In this document: one piece after another, positions 24,501 to 37,700 of the stretch
Layout of the letters: each line of letters starts with the position of its first letter
How positions within the stretch are numbered: position 1 is the first letter of the stretch
Source: Amoebophrya sp. A120
Taxonomy: Eukaryota; Protista; Dinoflagellata
Assembly (NCBI GenBank): GCA_905178155.1
Contig: CAJINV010000001.1
Span: 2,222,089 to 2,286,088, forward strand
Length of the DNA: 64,000 bases
Direction of reading: 5' to 3'
The notes under the pieces: model-generated
Told to the model about the DNA's origin: nothing
The model's database searches: none
The model's input: the letters and a program-made list of their open reading frames with translations, nothing else
Made by a program: the position numbers and the translations under genes

Positions 24501-26957
24501 ACGTGGATTTGGGTACGTGGATTTGCTTGGGTACGTGGATTGCCAGGATACCATAAATCTGATTTCATTTCGATAATCTGATTCGAACCGATGAAGCCCA
24601 AAATATGCATCACAAGTCGCGCATTCTTCCAGACCCAGACATTTTTGCATTTGATAACAGGGAGGTGAGGACGAGCAGAAAAAAGTAGTTCCACACAAAG
24701 GGGACCCACTCCCGCGCGATCCGCCACTGGCAACGATGCAGCACGCCCACCGGGAGGCGCTCCACCGACACGTCGAAGCTGTCCGGACACAGAAACCAAT
24801 CCGGCATGCGGAACGCCCACTCAAAGGACCGGTCAAGCTCCTCCTCGGGGATCTCGTCAAATTCCCACGTGTCACTGTCCTCGCAGTACAGGTCAATGCT
24901 CAAGTCCTGGACGTCAAACGGAAACTGGCGCGCATCCATGTTGCTCTGCATGGTGCCGTGGAAAATTTTCTGCGAAATCGCCTCGTAAATCACCCGTGTA
25001 GTGTATCCTGAGTAAAAACGTACCCACGCCAGAGTTGTAATGCAGATTTGCAAAGACAGGAGGACTTGTAACGCGCATCCGCATGAGAGCCATTTCCAAA
25101 CGTGTTTTGGAATTTGTGATGCTGTGAACAGGATGAGCAGATGAATCTGTGATGCGGCTGCACTTGCTAACCTGCACTATATTACTGCAGAGTGCAACTT
25201 GTCATGCGTGACTCACAAAACTCCTAGGTTTGTGTTGCAAAATCCTCATCCTGACTCTGGTGTGGGTACGTTTTTACTCAGGATATAGAAGTCTGGGCAG
25301 CAGCCGGCTTGTGGTCCTTCTGCTTGCTACTTTTGCCGATATTCTTTGTCGCAGAACCCTCCCCGGCTGTGGGGGCTTGGGCAGATGAAAAAGGATGGTC
25401 TTGATGCAGTTGCTCCGTTCCAAGCATCTTCCCTGAATGCTCTTGCACTTGCAAAGGCAATGCTCCTGCTGCCTCGTCACCTCCAAGGACAGGAGGAGCG
25501 TCGGTACTACCAGGTGCTGCTGCTGGGGAAGAAGCTATTGGATTCATAATCTTGGTTTGTCGCGCTGTCACGGTTGGTCGGCGAAAAGATCCCGCGCTGT
25601 TCAGCTGTTCTGCAACTTCCACTTGCAACCGTCGCGCAGGAAGAACCGCAAGAGCACCACCAGCGCTCCGTGAGGTCGTGTGCAGCTCCGGATTTTGTTC
25701 GCCACCCGAATGTCGCGACAGCACCTTGCTCAGGGATTGACTCTCACTGGGCCGCGGGGACGACTCCAAAAATTCTTCTTCTTCTTCGATAACTTCTGTG
25801 ATGGTCCGTTTCCACGCAGTCCACTCGGTGTCCACTTCCTGCAAGTTGTGGCAGTTTTTGTACAGGAACTTGGGCATCTCGAAGGGACACTTTTCCCGGC
25901 GCCGCGCTGCTAAGAAACCGCCCCCGCTGGTACTACTGTGGCCAAGCTCCTTCTGCATGTGGAGCCACTCTTCTTCCGATACCTCTCGATGCAACCGAAG
26001 CTTGCAAAAAACCCGATAGGTCTCTTCCGGCAGATTGATCTGGCTCACGCGAAACGGGTGGAAGCTAAGCCGGACCTTTTTACGCTGGTGGTGTCCTCCA
26101 TCAGCAGGTCCGAATGGTGCAGCTGCTAGACCGGCTTCGGTCCAAATGGAGCAATCTTCACTCCCGCGCGAGTCGCGCGGGAGTGAAGATTGCTCGTCGC
26201 CAACCGTACTAGCGGGTTTGGTGTTGGTCAAGGCGTCGAGGACCTCCGCACCGCCGGGGACTTCCTCGAACAACGTCTCGTTTTCTCGGACCGCCATGAG
26301 TTTCGAGCCCGCACGTGAAGTAATATGGTCTAAATCAGCTTGCATCGAAGCACGGGCTGCTCCCTCCTTAATATTCTCGCTGCATTGATGCTGCAGCCCA
26401 CTTTGATCTTCGCTGGGGACGGAGGGATGAGCGGGTGGACCGGGACGAGATTCCTGTTCTCGCTGCGGAATAGGGTCCAAAAGCGTCGGAAGCATTTGCT
26501 GGTGACCGCCCGGCGCTCCTCCTCCAGAGCCGCCACGACCTATTCAAGAGCTACAAACCATCTGCACACTCACTTTTGCATTTGCGCACAGCGCACTTAC
26601 TTGAGAATTACAAAAAGTTCTGTCTATGCGAAAACTTGATGCTGGACGATATGCGATAATCAACAACAAACTTGCAAAAAGGTGACTTTTGTGATGGTGA
26701 TTTCTTGTTGCATACCACCTCCACCGTGACCAGTGCCTGCCCCCATGACTGGCGTCGCGGCCAGGGCCACACTCGAGTCGAGGTCGCGGCTGTGGGTCTT
26801 CACCAGGCTTTTGTCAGGCGCCAACCATTGCTGTTGCGCTTCCTTGTGGAGGTGCACAGCTGCCATCACGCCGATGCCCGTTGGCTTCAAGCCGATGTGG
26901 TTTCGCACGCTCGGAATCGCGGCAATGGGTTTCATAGACATGTGGAAGAAGTTGTCC
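18549..26957 (-). CDS. Cys-less pentameric ligand-gated ion channel (pLGIC) subunit; 5' end uncertain
   Basis: Spliced product contains VRLSFHPFRVSQINLPEETYRVFCKLRL (beta1-2), MDARQFPFDVQDLSI (Pro-loop), PDW, IARE..FVWNYFFLLVLTSL/FGFFSF (M1), LAVVVMVILTN (M2), IGYLTYLDIFIL (M3) and M4. In-frame joins across introners 25004, 20524, 20129 and 19502. A probable GT-AG intron lies at ~26540-26716. Confidence 0.8.
19502..19767. mobile_element. Introner family A (266 bp), TSD GTGCG
   Basis: Family A TIRs. GTGCG on both sides. Join LAAH/MKA. Confidence 0.92.
20129..20416. mobile_element. Introner family C (288 bp), TSD ACGCG/ACACG
   Basis: CATCCTGAGTAAAAACGTCCCCACCCCAGAGT...ACTCTGGGGTGGGGACGTTTTTACAAATGATA. 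Join LTN[V/A]SFK. Confidence 0.9.
20738..24598. mobile_element. Non-autonomous foldback/Mutator-like element (3861 bp), 9-bp TSD CAAAATATG
   Basis: CAAAATATG at 20729 and 24599; GG...CC ends. Modular inverted arms: AATCAGRTT repeats, CCACGTACCCAAA repeats (21191-21232 vs 24480-24540) and AT-rich blocks (21355-21420 vs 24270-24385). Confidence 0.8.
21524..23735. repeat. GC-rich minisatellite, ~17 copies of a ~127-bp unit, most containing AAACCCTAAA
   Basis: GGAAACCCTAAACGGGGC recurs about every 126-135 bp (21602, 21863, 21990, 22117, 22244...). Near-identical multi-unit blocks lie ~770 bp apart. Confidence 0.93.
25004..25285. mobile_element. Introner family C (282 bp), TSD TAGTG/TAGAA
   Basis: Family C TIRs; interior closely similar to 13378-13656. 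In-frame join AQT[S/T]TRVIY. Confidence 0.9.
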
Positions 26958-28469
26958 TGAAGATGAAAAGTTTTTTCGTGCAAGCAAGCAGTCAGTGGTT
27001 GTGGTTCTGCTTCTGCTTCTGCTTCTGCAGTGAGGTTATAATTAGCAAAGATAGATGACATGTTGACGTGTGCTTGATTTCATTGTTCAGGTATAGCATA
27101 AAGCATTTGGTTCGAGAAATGGGTCACTTTCAAAATACTGCAGCCCCGCTTATGATGATGAAAGAATGAGGCATAGCAATAACTGCGGTTTTGGTCCTTT
27201 CCTTTTCCATGAAACAATAAAAATCCAGTACTCGACGCGGATTCATGTCCAGTACTCGACGCGATTGCCCTGCAGGTTTTCGCAGCCCGCTTTCCTTCCT
27301 TTCATTGCTTCGCTGGAAAGGCGCGGAGGTGTGCGGCTTCTCATCCCGTGGTCGGGGGATCTCAAGAACATCCCGCACCGGAGATGCCGTGCGGCTCTTT
27401 GTCTTTTTCATCCCCGTTGATGCTGTTGTACAACCGGGCGCGGAACCGTGCCTGTTCGCATCCCGCTGTATAAAAATATGTTGCCCATGCGCCGGAACGC
27501 CGCGTTTAGAAGAATTTTGGTTCGATGCCGATGCGACCGACCGTTTAGACTCGTGGTTCGACGACCAGAAACTAATATTGCTGATACTAAACATCTTGAT
27601 TTAATATTTTATTTCCAGCGAGGACGACAAAGAGAGTAGTGAAAGGAGACTGCCTCGGTCGTGCAAAATAAGTACGACCTGACCACCTCGGCAGCGCGAC
27701 CTCCTGCTGCGTGATCACAACACGAAATAAACACACCTACTTCACACTAAAGCCAGAGGACACCTCGCTGACTAGGAGTAGGAATTACCTATGTCAAAGG
27801 AGACGAAGGCGATGATTTTGATTACCATTCCATTTCCTGCTATAATTCTGATGCGCCCGAAAGTAATCTTGGTGGAGAAACTTACTACCTCAAGCACTGA
27901 AAAAACATGTCGAGGCCAAAAATTCTACAACTTCCTCTGCAGTTACAACCCTCTACAAAGAAATGCCAGATTCTCTCCCCAGCCCCAGGTGCAGTGGATG
28001 CAGTTAGACCGATAGGAGGACATATACATCTTCCTGGACAGCATCCTATTGTTTCGACTTTACTCTGAAAGAACCTACCATGGATCAGACAGAGACTCCT
28101 GCGGCACGAAAAATCTCGACATTTAGGACGACAGCGACATCCAAAAAAAAAGGAAAAAAAGCGCAATGCAAATGCTTTTTACAACAAAAGAATCTGGTGT
28201 TTCTACTTTTGAAACACGGGCCGCTGAAACACGATGCCAACTCAACGTCAATCTGATTCGGATTCCGAATTATCAAACCGACCAAATCCAAATCCAATTG
28301 GCATCGACGTCACGGACCTCAAAATAAAAAAAAACTCGAATTGCTGTTGCTCAGGTTCCGTGCATAATTGTGCTCTAAACTCAAGCATCCTATAGCGAGT
28401 AAGAAATGTCCTCGATGCAGATGTCCTCTTTTTTATTGGCCATACTCATTGTCCGCGTCATTCTACACT

Positions 28470-31069
28470 TCAGCCACCCACCTCAGCCTTCGACAGGTCA
28501 TGATGCCACACCGGCCAGAGGGACTGGACGTCACACGGCGCACGGCACAGCGGACAACTCCGGTTCGCACTCACTACGAGGCGGAAAAGTCCGCCCCAGC
28601 CCAATTTTCAAAAATTTCAATATGTGGCTTTAGTAGTCCCGGTTAGAGGAGACAATCGGGAACGCGACCAAGCCAGTGGTCGCTGAATGCGGGGGCGCGC
28701 TTCGGGCGCTCCGCCTGCCTGGGCAGGGGCCAAGCGTCGCGCCGCGCCATATCCTTGCGCTCCTATTTGGCGAATGCGCATGGTGTGGCGCACTTTTGGG
28801 CGCCGACTTTCCTGGCCGTCGTATATTTGTGCGTGAATGCTTCACAATGTTTTCCAGAAAAGTCCGCCCCAGGACGAACAAGGAGGCCGAATCTGGTACC
28901 CGTCGACCCTGGGGCGGACTTTTCTTGATCGGGGTACTCAGGTCGGGATTGGCCTCTCCCAGAAAAGTCCGCCCCAGGCCGAACGGGCACTGCGCCAAGT
29001 GGTCGGTCGGAGAGGGCAAAAGAGGCGAAAAAACATGACACGGGGTCCCCGAGCCTCTGGGGCGCTATCATTAATTCAAGGCCAGTCCTGGACTGGCCCC
29101 ATTTCACACTGCGCGCCGGGCGGGAAACTGCCTTTCCAAGCTGCGCGGGTTGGGGCGTACAAGTCGCCACGAAGTCAATAATGGGAGTCGATCTCGCGGA
29201 GAAGAATACCGAGACGCAGCAGCGACAAACGGGGCATGCTTTCCGTGCGAAAAGATCTCGCGCAATGAAATTTTTGAAAATTGGGCTGGGGCGGACAACT
29301 CCGGTTCGCACTCACCCACGAATAGGCACAATCCCAGCAGAAAGCGCATCGGCGGGAAAAAAAACTGCAAGTCAGAGGACTGTAGTTGTTATTTTGCCTT
29401 GTAGTTATTGGACCTTGCGCGTGCTGCCCCGCCTTCTTGGTTATGGTTTCGCATAGGCATGACAAAAATTACTGTTTTCTGTTTGCCTTCAACAGCTGGG
29501 CCGCGTTTGTGAACTACAACCAGCTTCCCGCAAAGGCGTGCCATGACAAGCAATTTGGCCCTATAGATACTTACTCTATTTCTTCGTCGAGCAGTTTTCT
29601 TCTGTCTGCAAAAGCGCGAGCCTCCATCAAATAAATGTATACAGAATGGTACTACATCGACATCCAGTGTACACCAATGACGCAGTATAATTCTCCTCGA
29701 ATAACACGTGTCCACACTTAACGGACGTCGGTGCTCGGATTTCGCCAAAACAAATGTTGCAATCGATGCCGCCCGGCCGCGCCGTTCGTGGTGGTAGGGA
29801 CGGTTTCTTGCGCAGTTCTTCTCTTCGCAGCAGTCCTGGTGCTGCAGTAGTGTTTCGTTCAAATTTCTCTACTGTAGAAGAAGTGCTGCCGTTCATTTCA
29901 TGCAGATCTAGTCCGCCTGCCGCAGGAGCATCTATCGCTGGTTGACGATCATTCCTTTCGCTGCTAGAACGTGATTGTGACGTAGAATTAGCTGGTGGCT
30001 TCGAACCTTTTGCATGGATGATGCTGGTTTCAGCAGACAACATCCTGCTCTGTCTGTCTACTTCGTCTTCTTTTCCTTCGCTGAAGCTAACCCGGGGACC
30101 ACTTTTTGTCGGATGTCTTGAAAGCACAATATCTCCTATTCGTCGCTTCATCTCCAGGATCACTCGCGGAACAAGCACCTCATGCATCGGCGGCGCGTTC
30201 TTGTACAGCCGACGTAGGTACAGCGCTACCTGCACGACACACAGCGCGCTAAGTGCGTAAAAGTACCGCTGGACCATCGTTGTCGGCTTATTAACATCAT
30301 TCTTATCCGCTGCTGTCCTTCCCCGCCGTTCCTCGTATCCAAGCGAGCGCCGCCGCCAGCCGAGTAGCCGGTGCGGCAGACTTTCGTACATCCCGACAAG
30401 AAAGAAGGATGCACGGTTCAGCGTCAGCGCCAGTTGAAGTGCGTCATTGAGGAATTGACTTGTCCTCGGCGAGAGTCTTGATGCGCCCAGTACAGCAGGT
30501 AGAAGTTGGTTCGTCGCAACTTGCAATCCTGAGAGAAACACCCGGGAAAGAAATCCTGGCACGCGCTCCGCCCGAAAGAGATAATTATCTGGAGGCCAGC
30601 CACTACCGCTAGGCTTTCCTGTTTCATTCACTGGCGACCCAGGCCCGACTATTTCCGGTTCTAGTACTTCTCTCTGCCCCTGCTGAAGCTGATGTCGGTA
30701 GTTCCCGGAAACCGTAATATGCCGCGCAACCACTGGCGCCAGGTCCGCGTACTCTTCCCCGAGGGTGCGCGGTCCGGCCAGGAGGAGAAAATCCGCAAGC
30801 GCGTTGGCGACGCGCGGCAGGACGGCGCGGTACCGGTGGCACGTTTGGCTGCCAAAAAGGGTCTCCGCGAACTGGGCGAACCTCGCCCGGAATCTCTCCC
30901 GGTACTGCTCATCCTTCTGACTCGCCGCCAGGAGGTCGGTTGTGTCAGCATAGGGTGGGTACCAAATGGTCTTGTTATTTTCAAGTGCAGTCGAGTTCTT
31001 GGGTGGAATGAAGGGGGCACTAGAAGAAGAACTAGAACTAGACGAACTATCTGGCGCTATCTGCAACAT
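28470..31069 (-). CDS. PEX10: Peroxisomal RING peroxin PEX10
   Basis: Pex2/12 N-domain motifs ASQKDEQY, RTLGEEY and FFLVGMYESLPHRLLG. The RING is rebuilt from three pieces: CNICFGEIRAPTSVKCGH / xFCWDCAYSWVSANRSCP / LCRAPCDVQSLWPV. Stop at 28470. Confidence 0.88.
28575..29290. mobile_element. 716-bp inverted-repeat insertion with a 25-bp exonic duplication inside the PEX10 RING
   Basis: GCGGACAACTCCGGTTCGCACTCAC at 28550 and 29291. Perfect 31-bp IR at 28589-28619 / 29266-29296. Internal AAAAGTCCGCCCCAG motifs occur in both orientations. Confidence 0.8.
29347..29703. mobile_element. Degenerate introner (357 bp, F-like), TSD AAGCG/ACACG
   Basis: CATCGGCGGGAAAAAAAACTGC...GCAGTATAATTCTCCTCGAATA, with internal CATGACAA motifs. 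Removal joins CGH to xFCWDC. Confidence 0.75.
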
Positions 31070-31786
31070 GCTTCGTGATGGAAATTCATCGGCTAGGGGT
31101 TAGGTAGGCACACGATTTGATATTTTCGGTCAGCTAATGGTACTGCTTTTTGTTCTGCTTGTGGTGCAATATTTGCCGTTTGGCTTTGTACATTGTTTTT
31201 AATTTCATTTCCTCACAACTTGAACTTCGGGAGAAAAGTATAAAGTCAGACTTTTCCTGATAGATGAAGATCGCAACGCGAAACTTACGTCGAAGCCGCA
31301 CCCGAAGCCCGCTGTCATTCATTATCTATACGCTACGTAGAGGAGCCAATGTGATCACGAATCGTGCGCGCGTGCAAAGCAAAAAAAACGCTTCAACAAC
31401 CGTCATCAAAAGAAAGTCAATCTTCGACATTGCCTTCGTCATATTCGACAAGTTAGGGCTAGCGCGGAAGCGGATCTTTTCGCTTACTTTTGGTACGGCC
31501 TTCGTGGGGAAATAAGGGCTTTTGACGATGAACATCAGACAGTTGTTTTAAATCACTCGAGAAAAGACGCCGTGTGCATACTTGGGTTTTGCTTTTCCTT
31601 ACTGCGTGCTTCACGCCGAGTGCTGCATCGTATGTTGCAGCGCCGGTGAGTCCTTTGTGTCCGTGTCTTTTTCTTCTGCTTGTTGAAATGGAAAAGCAAA
31701 AAAGAATTGCGAGTGCGCTTCTTAAGGTGAGCGGGAAAAGAAAAAAAGAAAAAAATTTCGTCAAACGCAACCGACTCTCGCCTTAC

Positions 31787-34700
31787 TCACAACCCCTCCG
31801 TCAGCGAGGCTGGCTCCCCAAAATTTACCCCCATGCTCTGGTTGGTGCGCAGCCAATCGGCAAGCGGGATTCCGTCGACAACCGTCCCCACCTTCTTTGG
31901 ATCAACAGTTTGCGTTTTCACGTCCAAAGGTGGATCGTGAACGTGGCGCCAGAATTTTCTCGCTGCCCCGAGCAAGCTGGCCTTTGCGGTGCGTGCGCGG
32001 TAGGCAGAGGCCGTGATTTCGTCGGAGAGCTTCTGGGTTAGGAGATCTCGAACCGGATCCGTAATCTCGCTGTCCACGTGGTCCTGCACGGTCTTCTTGA
32101 TTCGAATACCAAACCCCTTTGCCTCCCGCATCCCCACACCGGCGGCCGTACGGGCGATTTCTCGTGCAAGTTTGGACTTCAGGGTGTATTCCCCGTCGGT
32201 CTTTTTTGCGGAGGATGCTGAAGATCCTGGAATAAAGGTCGAAAACGTGGAAGTAGAACGACTCGTCCCAGGAGGTGACGCGCTTCCACCAGCACTGCCG
32301 GAAAGAACCGAAGATGAAGCGCTGCCAGCCGGACCGGAGAAGGATCCAGATCCACGGGCACTAAAACCGCTGCTTCCACCAGCACCTTGTGGAATGATGT
32401 CTTCGCCGAAGTTTTCCCGGAGAACGCCCAAGGCCGTCGCAGTGCCACGGTTCGCAAGAGCTCGCTCCAGAGTGTGCTCGCGGCCCGCGAACTGCGCTGC
32501 GGACAGCCCCACCCCGGTCGGCGCGAAGGGGCGGATCGATTCACGCGGCTGATACTCGAAGGGACTGGAAAAGTAACCGCTGCCGGAAAAAGAAGATCCG
32601 GCACCGCCTGCGGAAAAAGCGCGTAATTCAGAAGAAGAGCTGCCAATCCGCCCTGCGCTTGCCCTCCTCGACACTGTGGCCGGGACCTCTCCTGCACTGC
32701 TTGCATTATCTAACGGCTGCGCGATGCTGTCGACCGAAGCTGCTCCTGTTGCTCCTTCCCCACCCGGTTCATCTGCTACTTCTGGCTGCTGCGCCAGCAA
32801 CGCACCCAGAACATTTCTCAACGAGCTTCCGGCGGCTCGACGAGGCTTGATCTCTGAATCGCTCGAAAATGACCCGGAAGTAGAGGAGCCACTGAAGGAC
32901 GATGCTGCAGACCCAGAGCTACCTGCACTCCCCGAGGACCACGTCACCAAGCTTCCCGGCACACCGGTGGCGATGAATTCTTCGCGATTTTGCAACCCCA
33001 ATGGGACCAAGTAGTTCTGCAAAAAATGGTAGTGCACCAGTGCATCTACATCCTTTTCCGCGTTCTCGTTTTGCAGAAATTTGACACTGTTCTTCACAAC
33101 GTGTTTCAGTTCGGCCTCCGCGCGCGCAAACAGGTCCAAGAGCTCCGTCCGCGCCCCGTGCACCGCCGCAATCGGCGCGCGGGCGACGGCGGCGTGCGCC
33201 TGTTGCAGGGCGGACTTGTACGTTTCGTCGAGAACCTATGCACAGAAAAAGATCCTCCCTCATCCATTTTTGCATGGCCAACACGTGACATGTTTCGCAT
33301 GACAAATTGGACGAGGATGGGTCCTTTTTTGTGGATAGGACCAGCAAGGAGGCGCGCGCACTGGCAGTGACCACCTCGAGCGGCGTGCCGCCAAAGGGCG
33401 AGCTGATTACACAACAAGCCGGGACCGGAATCGCCGAGCTGCCGACAGACGGTGGTGAAGTAGATCCACCTGATGTTCCACCAGAGCCGCCTGACACCGA
33501 ACTACTACCTGTAGTCGTTTTCACAATTCCTGCTCCACCGTTGGTCCCCCTATCTACTTCATCTCCCGGGGAAACAAGTGCGTCAGTGCTTCCCATTGCG
33601 GAACTGCTTCCAGGAGCCCCCATGATCACCTGCTCTCCAGTAGTTCCAGCACCGGCTGCCAAATCGTTCATATCAGGAGGACCTTGCTGCACGAGCTGCG
33701 TGTCTTCATCTCGCGGTAGTTGTACTCGTGCACGACGTCCGAGAACGCCGCCGGAGGACATAAACGAGCCGACAGGAGGTCTACTTCCGCCGGTAGATGT
33801 TGACCTCGCACTGCTACTACTACCCGAGAACAATAAATGCGCGTCGAAATGCTGACACAACTCCGAGACCTTCTTCCGTGCTGCCTGCTCCGCCTGCGAT
33901 TGCAGGGTGGGATCGCTGGGAAGGACCGGCGGCGGCGTTGTTGTGGCGGCTACGACCACCGGCTTTTCCGGCGGGGGGCACTTCGGACAGGTCAGTTTCT
34001 TGCCGCACCCGTCATCCACCTCTTTGCCGCACTCCGCAGGGGTGCACTGCGTGCGCGGCTTCGTCTTGCCTGAAATATGTTTTTGTCTTTCCGATTCCTT
34101 TTCCTCCACCGTGATTTGGCACAGATAATATTTCGGGTCTACTTCGGTGATGTGAAAAACCAGGTGCATGTAGTCTGTTGAATCCCCATCCCCTCCAAGT
34201 ACAGGAAAGATTGCACTAGATACTTACCCTTAGCCTTACGCACAAAACTCTCAAAAATAAGCGCAAGCATATGTACATTGGCAGCTGTTCATCTTTTTCC
34301 CGGCTTCCATTCCCGACGAAGATGTTGCCTTGCAGACCTGCCAGGCCTCCTTGCACTTGCCACACTGGATCTTTCCGCCGCAGCCGTCGTCTTCCTCCCC
34401 ACAGGTGGAGGCGCACTTTTTCTTTTCACACACGCACTTGTTCTGCACGCACCGGTCCTGGGCGTTTTGGCAAACGCCGCAGGACACCTTCCCGCCGCAA
34501 CCGTCCAACTGCGTGCCGCACGTCAGACCCTCGTCGCACTGCGCCTTCACCGTGCAACGGCACTGAAACAGCTCCAACGGCTGCGACAAAGCCCACAGCG
34601 ACAGAGGAACCGCTCCCGCATGATGTGCAGCTTCAGGTTCAGCTTGTGCGCCAGCGCTAGCATACCTGTAATGATCTACTACTTCCGGGGTCGACAGTAA

Positions 34701-37700
34701 TGCCAGTTGCAGAGCAGCGGCGCTGCCAGTCGAAGATGCGGTGGGCACCATCAAGGACCCCCCTCCGGATGTTGAAAAGGAGCCAGCAGAAGAAAACGCA
34801 GCAGCAGGTGGTTTTTGGTTCCAATACTCCAATTTCAAATGCAAAAGTGTCTGGGTCTGGAAGAGTGCGCGACTTGTCACGCAGCTTTTCTATGACCCAT
34901 GAGGTCTGGAATGCAGGACTTAGCATGACAGACTCTGCGCGATCTCTCTCATGCCTATCCTGCATGAGAAACTCCCTCCCGACTTGGTCAAAACTGGACG
35001 ACTTTTGGTAGTCATGCAACACAGATTTTTGCATGCTTCAGATTTAGCATGACAAGTTGCATTCTTCCAGACCCAGACATTTTTACATTTCATATCCAAC
35101 TCATAGAACCCGCAGGTGTATGGTTCGTTCGTCTCCGTGTTTCGTTCCGCGCAAAAGGATTTCAGCGGTTCCGCCGTGCGCCGCGGGTCGGTCAGTTGCA
35201 AAAAATTTCGCATCACATCCACGTACCCGGGGGACGTCACGGGCGGCAGCGACCGCGCGCCACACGCGATTTGGTTTCCGCACCCGTCGGGCTCGAACCC
35301 GCAGCCCTTGTTGTGGCTGCACTTCGCCTTCGGCTGGCACACACACTGGTTCTGCACGCACACGCCTGGGTTGTTCGTCAGGGAGTTGTAGCTTTTTTTA
35401 AGCCTGTTTGAAGCAGTAGAACTTGATGTAGTTTGAGTTTCACTTTTTTCCGCCGCACAAGATTGCACGTACTTCTCCAGTGTCCGCGTCAGAGCCTCCA
35501 CAATCTTCGCCGCGGATTTCTGTGCGACGAAAGGGAGCGCGGAGTAGTCCACGGTAGCAATGACGTCTTCTGGCAGGGCGGAAGGACTTCTGTTGGTACG
35601 ACCTCCGGACGACGAGGACGACCCAGAGCCAGAGGTCGAAGAAGATGATGAAGCTCCAGGTAGTAAAAAACGCACCTCCCCGATTGGCGCTGAAGGTTCC
35701 TCTGCCATCTTCGCGGCTCCACCTGCAGTACTTCCCGAGGCGGATCCAGCTGAACTCGTGCTTGTTCCACTGAACAACGGGGTTGAAGATGTACTACGTG
35801 CTATCGAACTACCTGGAGCTTGGTGTGCCAAGGCAGCAGCTCTACTCCGCTTCTTTGTGGAAAAAGCCGCAAAGAAGTGTTCTTGCAACAGCGATGTACT
35901 ACCAGAAAGACCACTTGGCGCATTCGACGACCCCGAGCCGGACTTTGCTGCTACTTCCCTGTTCTCCGCGTCCAGGGCTGCCTGCTGCTTCAACGCCGCC
36001 TGGCGTAGTAAGTTGTGGTTCCCGCAGTACACGAAGCCCCCGCAGCCGTCCTCGATGAACCCACAGTCGAAGTGGTCGCAGGAGGTCACACTGCTTTTGC
36101 AGTCCGATTTCACCATGACCAGTTCCCACTGTTGCGACGCGGAGTTCGGGTCTGACGGCTTGGTGGAGGTCACGGTAACAAAGCTGTTGTTCGCCTGTAG
36201 TCCAGGAGCCACTGGAACGGTATCGGAATCTAGCGCCTCTCCATTCTCGTGCTTTAAAATTCGCACAACGTTGCCCTTCACCCATCGCACTAGCCACTTT
36301 TGCGACCGGTCACGGTGTTTCATTTTTGAGAGGTACGTTGCGTGCTTCTGATTTGCGCTTCTTGATGATGTGGTTGCACTCTCCCTGCTGCCGAAATTTT
36401 TCGTAGTGCTCACACCTATTGTAGTGTAGTTTCTTGCGCCAGTTGTTGTACTAGCAGACATCGACACAAACGAATCTAGGAAGAGCGCGTCCGCGTCGCC
36501 CCCCGCGAGAAGCGAGTACAGAGCCCCATGCCCGATTGGCTTAATGCGCCACGCGGTCGTCGTGCTGCGAGCGAGTGCAGATTTCAATATTCCCGCCTCT
36601 TGGGTAGATTCGTGCTGCTCAGCTACAACCGCGCTGGCGCTGTCGTAAGAACCTTCGTCGTGCTGGTCCTTGTGCTGTAGAAAGGAACGAGATCTCTTTC
36701 TGCTCTCTTCCTGCTCCGACACCAGCGACGACACTGGCCTTGCAATGCTGGTGACTGAGGAAGACGCGCTACTGCTAGCAGCTGGTGGTCCTTGTGCAGG
36801 AGTAGGCCCAGCAGGCGATGCACTTACGATACCTGACTGCGAAGGAGCACCAGTCACGGCACGAGCCTGAGACTGACTGCTTCCGAACGAAGCAGCTGCA
36901 TCAGTCGCGACCTGCCCCTCTGCGGGGGCTTCTGCAGAAGCTTTATTCCCGGTAATAATCCGAATCGGGGCCCTTGAAGTAGCACCATTCATCGTCGAGG
37001 ACAACGCTGCTTCGCTTCCTGCTGAGCCCGCTGGTAGTTTCATTTCACTTGGAGGTCCGTCGACGAGCAGCAGCCCCGCCAGGGGACTAGCGGCGGAAGC
37101 CATACTGAGGTACTTCCCCGAGGACAGCTGTCTCAGGGCGTAGTACCCATCAAAGCTTGGCTTCTTCTGGATGGGCAGCGTGACCCACTTCTGCGAAAAG
37201 TTCTCCTGCTTGTCGCTAATCCCAGCCGCCGTGGTGTGCAGCAGACGGACAGCGGCGGTGGAACTGGAAGCTTCATTTGCCGCATGACGCTTTTCTTTTT
37301 TCGCGGTATTTGTGGATGTGCGGAGTAGTTGCTTCTGCTTGTTTAACTTGAAATTCTCCTCTTCGTGCTGCTGTACCATGCTCAAAGGTCCCACCGTCGG
37401 AGCACGCCCCCCCGCTGCCGATGCCACAGTTGGCGCTGCCAGTTGTGTGGTTGTACTAGACTCGCTGCTTCCACCGAGGAAACCAGTACTGGAACCACCC
37501 TGAAGCCCGGCTGAACTACCACCCGGCACCGCTGCAGAACCAGTGGTCAGCTGCGGCCCTACATCAAACGCGTCCAGTACCCGGCCCGTCGAGCACTGTA
37601 CGATGCGCCACTCGGCGCTGTTCCCGCTGTTCAGCTTCAACGGCTGCATATGGCGTTCTCAAACGTTACATTCTCAACTGTTACATGGGTCTGTCATGCA

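Larger units (their letters stand above)
20524..24656. mobile_element. Introner family A expanded to 4133 bp by a nested element, TSD ACAGG
   Basis: Family A TIRs at both ends, with ACAGG at 20519 and 24657. Subtracting the nested element and its TSD leaves 263 bp, the normal family size. Join LTSL/FGF. Confidence 0.9.
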
